64,000 bases of DNA. Source: Anthoceros angustus (lineage: Eukaryota > Plantae > Anthocerotophyta). The notes below the pieces were generated by a model. The model was not told the DNA's origin and did not search any database. It worked only from the letters and a program-made list of their open reading frames with translations. Position 1 is the first letter of the stretch, and each line of letters begins with the position of its first letter. Both the position numbers and the translations under genes were made by a program. Location of the stretch: contig MU008158.1 of assembly GCA_010909165.1 (NCBI GenBank), positions 1,203,478 to 1,267,477 of the forward strand, given 5' to 3'. This document shows positions 61,801 through 64,000 of the stretch, piece after piece.

Positions 61801-62230
61801 CGCAATGTGCACAGTAGTCTGGTCGAAATCTTTATGCATGTGCCCAATGTGGGTTTTCACCCCCTTGACACCGCAGCAGAGTTGAGCACAGACAGGACAC
61901 GGAGTGTTCTTGACAGTCATAGAAGGTGTAGACCGTGCCATTGGGTAGGGTACTAAAAGAGCCCGCAAACGCCAGTGGGAGGGTGACAGGGCCGAGGAGG
62001 TACTGGGGATTGGGGACAAAATGACCCCAGTCTTTACCGGATATACGGAGTGTGAGTTCGTATTGCGAACCCCAAAAGGCCGGCCAAAGAGCCCTGCCTA
62101 GAGGGACTGCAACCCACATAACCACTGCCGACCCACCAAACTAGCGCCCGCACCTGCAACTCGCAACCAAAAGCTGGGGTAGGAAATTCATCAGCTACCG
62201 AAAAGAAACTCAACAAAATCCTCTCTGAGT
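58844..62230 (-). mobile_element. CRE-clade-like non-LTR retrotransposon with restriction-like endonuclease; degraded, 5' end approximate
   Basis: N-terminal C2H2 (CPVC..CGVKGVKTHIGHMH); RT motifs GVRPLAVGEAFMRL, LQVDVENAFNTISR, TRQGDPLG, degenerate LAD(Y), GLKVKLSKC; CCHC knuckle CECG..LD..GEHLARC..RIATHDAIRD; RLE-like ADVVVTD...FIPLALETYG, RVSIALQRA; 3' end AATAAAAA. Confidence 0.88.
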
Positions 62231-62750
62231 CACGTCGCCAGCCCGTATGTACCTTAGTGTCTTCCCCTTGATACTTAAATCCTCCATGAGCGACCGAACA
62301 CCTTTCACCTTTCTACCTTGTTTCATCAGTGCCATTACTCAGGACCGGCTTGCGCTGACCCTGGTAACGGCGCATGCGCATGATCATGTACAGTCTGTAA
62401 GAATGTTTCTACCGACTGACCCATCCCGGGCATTTCTTGTAAACTAGGACTTGAAAACAGAAAATGGAGTGAAGTTGGCACGCTGTTGAGAGTCATCTTG
62501 AACCCCCAACTACGGCATGGACATGGAAGCATTTCAATCTAGTTATCCGGCGTACAAAATAATAGCCAGAGCACAGCTAGCAAGCAAACAGGAGAATTCA
62601 AAGCAGGGAAATAGAATAGAAGCTTCGCCATCCGGTTATCTGGCGTACAAAACAAGAGCCAGAGCACAGCCAGCAAGCAGGAGTTGGACATGGAATTCAA
62701 AGGGATGGAAAGGAGAGTGATTCACTGCAGCCGGGGCGCGAAAGCATGCG

Positions 62751-63858
62751 TCACATGAAGGCGCCTTCCAGCTTCTCGCATTTCTCCCGCGTCGGAATGG
62801 CAACTGGAGCCTTGAGGATGGTGGGAGCTGGCGGCGCCTGTGCTAGCAAGCGCAATCCCAGCTCGTAAGCAGAGAAAATAGCAGCATTCACAAGGTAGGC
62901 TCGCGCCACGGCCGTCCCTAGCCCTCGGAAAAGAACCGAGTACCCTTCCTCCCGCACGCTCTTCGCGGCGCAGTCCAGAGTGCCTGCATATCGGAGAATG
63001 GCAGGAGTCTGGCCCTGTATCCTGGACTTGATCACGTCCAGCGGGTAGCAGCACACCCAGCTCAACACTCCCGCAATGCCGCCCGCGTTCAGCACCGTCA
63101 TCAGGCTCTCCTTCCCCTCCTTCCTGCACCCCGGCGACAACGTATCGCAGATGTAATCGTACGTGACGAAGTAGACGGCGTGGCTGGGAGCGTCCCGCAA
63201 CAGAGTGATGGTGAAGCCGCGGTACAATCCCCGCAATCCTTCCACCCGCACAATGCTCTGCGCAAGCGCAAGCGAACCCCGTCGAGAATTTTCTGCCAGC
63301 CTGAAGCCGGTGGACAATCTTGAATCTACTTGGAGCTGCCGCCGAATTTTCATCAGATCCACCGGCGTCAGCACCGTGGTCTGAAACGCCCCCGCCCCGG
63401 CCCCGGCCAGGGCTACCTTAGCGTACGGCAATGGCTCGTCTGATCCCGGGTTCGAGAGCGCGTCCTTGAGAAGTGCGTATGCTTGGAAGGTGACCGCATT
63501 CTGCAGTTACATAACACAGCCATTAGCCGCGCTTCTCAACCCTGCAACCTGAAGAATTTAGTTGCATGGCTATAGCTGGTGGATATTTTTTCACCTGGAT
63601 AGCAATGGAAGCGAGGGGCGTGCCCATGCCCTTGAACAGGGCGAAGCTGCCTTCGGACGCCACCATTTTTCGCGCCACGGCCATGGCGGAAACAGCCTCA
63701 GGCGCAGCGAAGCGCTGTGGCTTCTGCAACCGGATCCTCACCGTGTCCAAGGGATGGCCGCACACAACGCCTGCCACTCCCCCCATGGCGCCAGCAAGAA
63801 ACTCCTTCCCCCATGCTCCCAACACGAATCCCCCCTCCTTCTCCTTTCTGGACTCCAT
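62751..63858 (-). CDS. BAC2: Mitochondrial carrier, basic amino acid carrier BAC2-like; exons 63858-63595 and 63500-62751
   Basis: WGKEFLAGAMGGVAGVVCGHPLDTVRIRLQ; three PX[D/E]XX[K/R] signatures (PLDTVR, PVDLMK, PLDVIK); GT-AG intron 63594-63501. Confidence 0.88.
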
Positions 63859-64000
63859 GATCTCCGAGTTCTGGTATAATGCAGGGTGAAGGCTGTCGAG
63901 GAACGTCCGACACAGGCCTAGCATTTGTCAGGTCTGCTCTGGACTGCGACAATGCAGAGTCTGGGGCGGGGAGGGGATCCGGAGCTGAGGCCTCGATGGA

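Noticed and set aside
62284-62290. CCATGAG as LINE target-site duplication (also at about 58836)
   Set aside because: Only 7 bp and the LINE 5' end is undefined; could be chance.

Overview
Eukaryotic nuclear DNA from a land plant. Short (~90-110 bp) GT-AG introns, GC-rich exons and the gene set suggest a bryophyte-grade genome, possibly a hornwort (inference). Frequent 1-bp indels in homopolymers point to long-read consensus errors. 1-7.5 kb is a nested TE pile: a degraded Ty1/copia interrupted by a 3.5-kb CACTA element with intact TIRs and TSD, and a LINE 3' tail inside the LTR. Host genes follow: BET/GTE bromodomain protein (-), DUF1639-like (+), U2AF large-subunit-like (-), ATRX/CHR20 (+), UND-U-box-ARM E3 ligase (+), HER2-like Zn-ADH (-), COR413 (-), an intronless SdpI-family membrane protein (+), two tandem copies of an NTF2/SnoaL-like gene (+) and the mitochondrial carrier BAC2 (-). 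A degraded CRE-type (RLE) non-LTR retrotransposon lies between the NTF2-like copies and BAC2. The standout is the 6-TM SdpI-like gene, a family known from bacterial toxin immunity. It sits among plant genes, head-to-head with COR413 across a G-box/ABRE-containing interval, and is a candidate horizontally acquired, stress-coregulated membrane immunity or sensor protein. All family assignments come from motif recognition by eye; no database search was run.
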